Assembly (NCBI GenBank): GCA_964036045.1
Contig: OZ038378.1
Coordinates: 168,640,001-168,704,000 of the forward strand
Source: Eutreptiella sp. 'Long Island Sound 2002'
Taxonomy: Eukaryota > Protista > Euglenida
DNA length: 64,000 nt
Reading direction: 5' to 3'
Part shown: positions 59,320 through 64,000 of the stretch, in pieces
Position numbering within the stretch: the first letter of the stretch is position 1
How the letters are laid out: each line of letters begins with the position of its first letter
Notes under the pieces: generated by a model
Told to the model about the DNA's origin: nothing
Databases searched by the model: none
The model's input: the letters and a program-made list of their open reading frames with translations, nothing else
Translations under genes and position numbers: made by a program

Positions 59320-59650
59320 TCCATGGTCATGAGCCGTATTTTTTCCTTTCCCAGAAGGTACGGGTTATGTAGTCCCTTTCATTTCTCTGTGCTCCGGAGA
59401 CCCAAGAAGGCAAGGTTTACGTAGCCACTGTGATTACACCCCGATTTGGGGACCCCCCCATGTGGCAGGGGTTATGTAGCCACTTTGCCCACATTTGGGC
59501 CCCAGATTTCCTCCCCGCGTTGGGTACCCCCAAAACGGCAGGGGTTATGTAGCCTTTTCGCCCACATGTGGGCCGCCAACACAGCAGGGGTTATGTAGCC
59601 ACTTGGATTTCCTCCCCAAATTGGGGGCCGCCACATGGCAGGGGTCATCC
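59320..59650. repeat. Array of GGCAGGGGTTATGTAGCC motifs with related spacers (transposon subterminal-type repeat)
   Basis: Five to six copies of the motif; a similar motif occurs at 4333-4390. Confidence 0.65.
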
Positions 59651-62641
59651 TTTACATGTTTTGGTGCTTTGTAGTTGTTGTTCAACTATGTGAGGGTGCA
59701 AGGGTTCTTGGTATTTGTGTGGTAGGGCTGTCCAAACCCTTGGGGGGTCTGGGTTTTTTGGGACGATTCGGGTATTTTTTTTTGCAAAGCTTGGGTTTTT
59801 TTTTTATGATGAAACCGGTTCTTTTTGGAAGGTTCTTTATGGCAATGTTGGGTGTTTTTTTGGTAAACGGTGGTAGCCGGTTGGGGTTTTTTTTTTTTGG
59901 TAAAAGCACGTCGGTTTTTTGGTTAAGAAATGGGCGGATTTTTGGTAATTCGGGGACTGGCGGTTGAAGTGCGGGGAGTTTTCTGGTGAAAAACGGGGAA
60001 TTTTTTCGTATGTACCACTCCTTCTGTGCACACCTCGCTGCCATGCCCTCCTTCAGCCCACTCAATGTCGCTATACCCCCCTCCTCAAATGTATTCACGC
60101 TCATTGCCACACCCTGCTCCGATGCATAAACCCATGCTCCAACCCTGCTCCAACCCATAAACCCAGTCACCCTTTTATAGGCCCATTTTTTATGCATGAA
60201 ACCCCACTGGTGGACTGGCTACGCCTGCACATCTTTATCTCCTGCACAAGTTGACCCTAACCCTATTCTTTAATGCATCAGCTCTCGCTGCAATGCTGTC
60301 CTCCAATCTGTTCCCTTTCGCTGCTACGCCCTCCTGCAATGCATCAACCTGCAGTGCTACGCGCTTCTGATGCATCACTCCTCACTGCCCTTTGCTGGCA
60401 TGCACTCGCCACAGTTGCCATGCTGCCTCAATGTAAATACACCTTGCTGCCACACCCTCCTCCGATGCAATAACCCCCGCTGCTGCAATAAGGTTGTTCT
60501 TGCATTCCTTGAGAGGGATGGAGTTCCAAAGATGAGTGCCTTTGCATTATCTTTGTAAACACGCCTTGCCTCAGGGATGTTGGTTCGGATACCCTTCTCA
60601 TCGGCCTCTGTGACTGCCTGTGGCGATACTAGCGAGATGACAGGGGCTGTGTTCAGTTTCTTGAGAAGGGCCACTTTTTCACGAAACAAGGGAGCCAACG
60701 TGTTCAAGTTCAATCTGCACGTCAGGCACACTAGCAGTAGAGTGGTGGGCCAAGGATGAGCAATTGCGGCGTTCTGGAGGGCAGGGTGTCCATGGCACTC
60801 ATATGGTTCGTGCCTGACGTACTTGCCACCATTGTCACGGGAGGGACGCCAGATGTGCGGCTTGCCCAATGGCTATGTAACGCCACGGGTGCGTTGGTCC
60901 CGGGCACACAACCACCCCCGGTGGTTTATGCCCACTTTTTTGGAGGATAAAACCACCCCTTTGCCTTTGGGGGAAAAAACCACCCCTTTGGGGGACAAAA
61001 CCAGCCCCGTTGTTAAAACCACCCCCTTCGGCATGATTAAACCACCCTGGGGTGGTTTTATGGACTCAAAACCACAAATGACACAACACAGCAATCAAAA
61101 GCAGTCTCAGCAATGCACTCTGCAAAACGCTGAAGAATGAGGTTGATGTCGTTGTCGAGCAGCAAATCTAAAACCCATACGGTATCGTCACCTCAGCTGA
61201 TCTTGACAATTGCACCAACCTCGAATGACAAAAGCATGTGACATGGCGCGGCCCCATAGAGGCCCCAAAAGTACTCTTCTGTTGAAAACATAAGTGCACA
61301 AACAAATGCATGGGTGAAAAGCCATTATGATATGTAGAATATACCAAGCGGCCCCACATGCTAAACAAATGGAGCAAAATTGGACAATTTATTCGGGCCT
61401 GCTAGGTTGTATTTGCGGGCTGCGGTGTGTATCATTTCCACCTTCGGGGCTGTCATCTTTTCTTGTTCGGCCCTGTTTGTTACCAATCGCGGGAACAAGA
61501 GTGGGATGGGTTGGGTTGACGGGGCTGGAAGAAAGTATAGCCATCTTTGGAACACATTAAGTAGGATGCACTAATGCCCCAAAAGCGGCCTGCTCAGAAA
61601 CGTGCATGTGATTAGGGGGACACTTCGGCGCCGTTTTATCTACGCTCCAATTCACTTTCACCTCACCATTGTGGATGGTAGTGATGCCTCCCATATACAC
61701 AGAAATGGCATCATATTATCATTCATTTCATTATTGAACACAGCAATTTTCACCTACAGCCCAATCTGCCCTCTGTGGTTGTTGGGTTTCAAAAGTTTGG
61801 TCGTTTGCAACACTGCATCGAGGCTAACCGGCTAATTTTGTAAGGCACTTTTGTAGCAGTCAATGAGTTGCAAAGACAAAGCCGATCGGCACGGCACCTT
61901 GTTGCACCATCCGAGTCGGCATCCAAGCGCAAAACACGGTTTCCCACCGTTTTAGAGAAGGACGAATAGCAGCTAGAGAGGATATATACTCTGCAGAGAG
62001 TGGTTTTGCATCATTCAAAGTCCCCACCCATAATTGGTACCAAAAAGATATATGCACACACCTCGAATCGTCCGTCTGAATCTTTATTAGTACCACAATG
62101 ATCAATGGCCAAATGCAACAAACTTCTGTTAGCAATGCGCGATTTGGTTGTGGTTCAAGGATGTGCTTCATGGCTACCTCACTTGAAAGGAACAACCACA
62201 TGACCGGAACCCAATGGACTGCCGTGGGTTTATTAGTGAATCGAATTTTAGGTTTAAAGACAGTGTTGTAAATTTCAATCTACCAACCACCCGGAGCGTT
62301 TATTAGCCTTCGTGCACCACGTACTTGAAGTTATCAATGCATTCATCTTAATAGTCTCAGGCAACGGAGGCCTGAGGGTTGCGCCGAAGATGATTTTCCA
62401 TCATTACATCCGGAATGTAAACTGCTGTTCCGCATCTATCCATCGCTCGTCATGGAAGCGGTCATGTTTAGAGAACTTACCGGTGGCAGCATTTGGGGAC
62501 GCCACCAGAGGAAATTTTGAGGCATAGTGCCACAGGAGCCAACCAGTACTCAAATGCAACTTCAAACACCCCGCCAGTTGCCGGTGAGGGGATGGACGCA
62601 TGGGCTTGGGAGCTGGCAGGGGCCACCAGGCAAACTTTTGG

Positions 62642-63990
62642 CTAGGATGAACTTTTCCGCCAGTTTTGCAACTGCATTTGCTTTGTAGCAAATGAATGTT
62701 GCCGAAAGAAGCGAAAATGGACCCCAAGCAAAGGCAAAATTTCATTGCGGAAGATGCGGGCCATCATTGTGTAAAGACAATGTCCATATTCAAAGAAGTT
62801 AAAACATGTATAGCACACCGCTTTGTACATCATACTGGACAATGGAATTAAGCCGTTGGCAGTTGTTGTTAGCGGGCCAAAGTTTTGCCGATTCTTTGAC
62901 AGCTCAGACATATGAGTTTGTACAAGGTATCAAGTTGCTTCAGTCCCGTGCATGGGTTCAACAATAGTACTAATCTCGTGTACGATGCTCACTACGATGG
63001 ATAGTCCAACTCGATGATCGTCTTCTTGAGCCGAGTAGATGGAAGAAACGGAACACAAGAATATAAATGACAGAATTTCTACGTGCCCGCTACTGCAGTT
63101 GCTTGGTATTACATTTCAACTCACTATGTCATTGTGTATCTCCGACATATGCTATTGTCCCATGCGTTTGTGTGAGAGGTTCGCGCCTTTACTAATCGGG
63201 TCCCTGAAAAAATTGGTTTGGCACCGGGATAACTAGAAAACAGCGGAGATCCGGAAGGCACTTTTGGCGCAGGGGCACCGTAGCCGTAGTGTTTGGGCCC
63301 AATCACAAGTGCAACGTGGCATTGGGTGCATTGAAAAGGATGGCGACCTAGCCAACTTCGAGCGCACACCTCCTATAACCCACTCTCTCTTGTGCTCTCA
63401 ATCTAGGGGTGCGGAGCTGCCCATTACCGGCATGTATCATTTGCACCCAACTGTGTAGTAGCTTCCTTCTCCGTTAGCAAAGATAAATACATATAGCACC
63501 AACCAACAAAGCAGTCCAGTTGGTGAAGTACCTACATGGGACATGTGGAACATGCCCGTTCCGTCCCTTGCTTTGCACCACTTGAAAACAGTATGACCAA
63601 CGGGATGCCTGAAGTAGTTGTGTTCGTACAAACAATACGCACGTCACAAATGAAGTCCGACCACGATAGGTGCAAGCCAAACACAAGCAAAATCCGCATT
63701 GTGCGCACATCAGCACCCTCTGTGACGATATTCTTTAGGTCAGCGGTGCAAGCATTCCACACATGAGTGTAACAGTCCGTTTGCACATGCATGTTAATGC
63801 ATGAGTTCCCAAACCCATTGAAGATTGCCATCAAACTATCGCATTGTAGTAAATCCGGACTACCACCGTCTTCCGTGGTTGCAACTCACGTTGCCACCTT
63901 GTATGTGGCTAAGCACCTTGCCAAAAGAAACACGTCATGATCAAAATCAGTTGTCAGTCATTGGTAAAAAAAAAGAGTTAGAATGTTCTT
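62642..63990 (-). pseudogene. Decayed Mutator-like (MULE) transposase with SWIM zinc finger
   Basis: PDLLQCDSLMAIFNGF..CYTHVWNA resembles the MULE second-Asp and CxxH region. YTCFNFFEYGHCLYT (62769-62818) is a SWIM pattern CxC..F...G.CxH with two single-base changes. Multiple stops are present. Confidence 0.55.
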
Positions 63991-64000
63991 CTTGCGGCCA

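Noticed and set aside
59320-59650. CRISPR-like array
   Set aside because: The repeats are degenerate, the spacers are related to each other and uneven in length, there are no cas genes, and the context is eukaryotic.

Overview
Repeat-rich eukaryotic nuclear DNA, most likely from a euglenid. The evidence is a near-perfect euglenid spliced-leader (SL) sequence at 37662-37685 and GT-AG introns with GTG/GTC-type donors rather than GTRAGT. Two spliced genes can be assembled by hand with matching splice phases. The first is a 3-exon SMYD (SET+MYND) lysine methyltransferase (1620-5979, +, 452 aa). The second is a 12-exon, 43-kb gene (14855-58129, +, about 916 aa) encoding an unusual six-blade Kelch propeller + F-box + WD40 propeller protein. 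Its introns hold two tandem tRNA-Val(CAC) genes, an SL-capped retrocopy of an mRNA 5' end, a near-intact chromodomain-bearing Ty3/gypsy pol, an RNase H-bearing LINE fragment, a foldback element and several MITEs. An AT-rich intronless F-box ORF lies at 11451-11957 and a decayed Mutator-like transposase lies at the right end. The most interesting signals are the genomic SL-mRNA junction and the dual-propeller F-box protein. All calls come from reading the sequence by eye; no searches were run.
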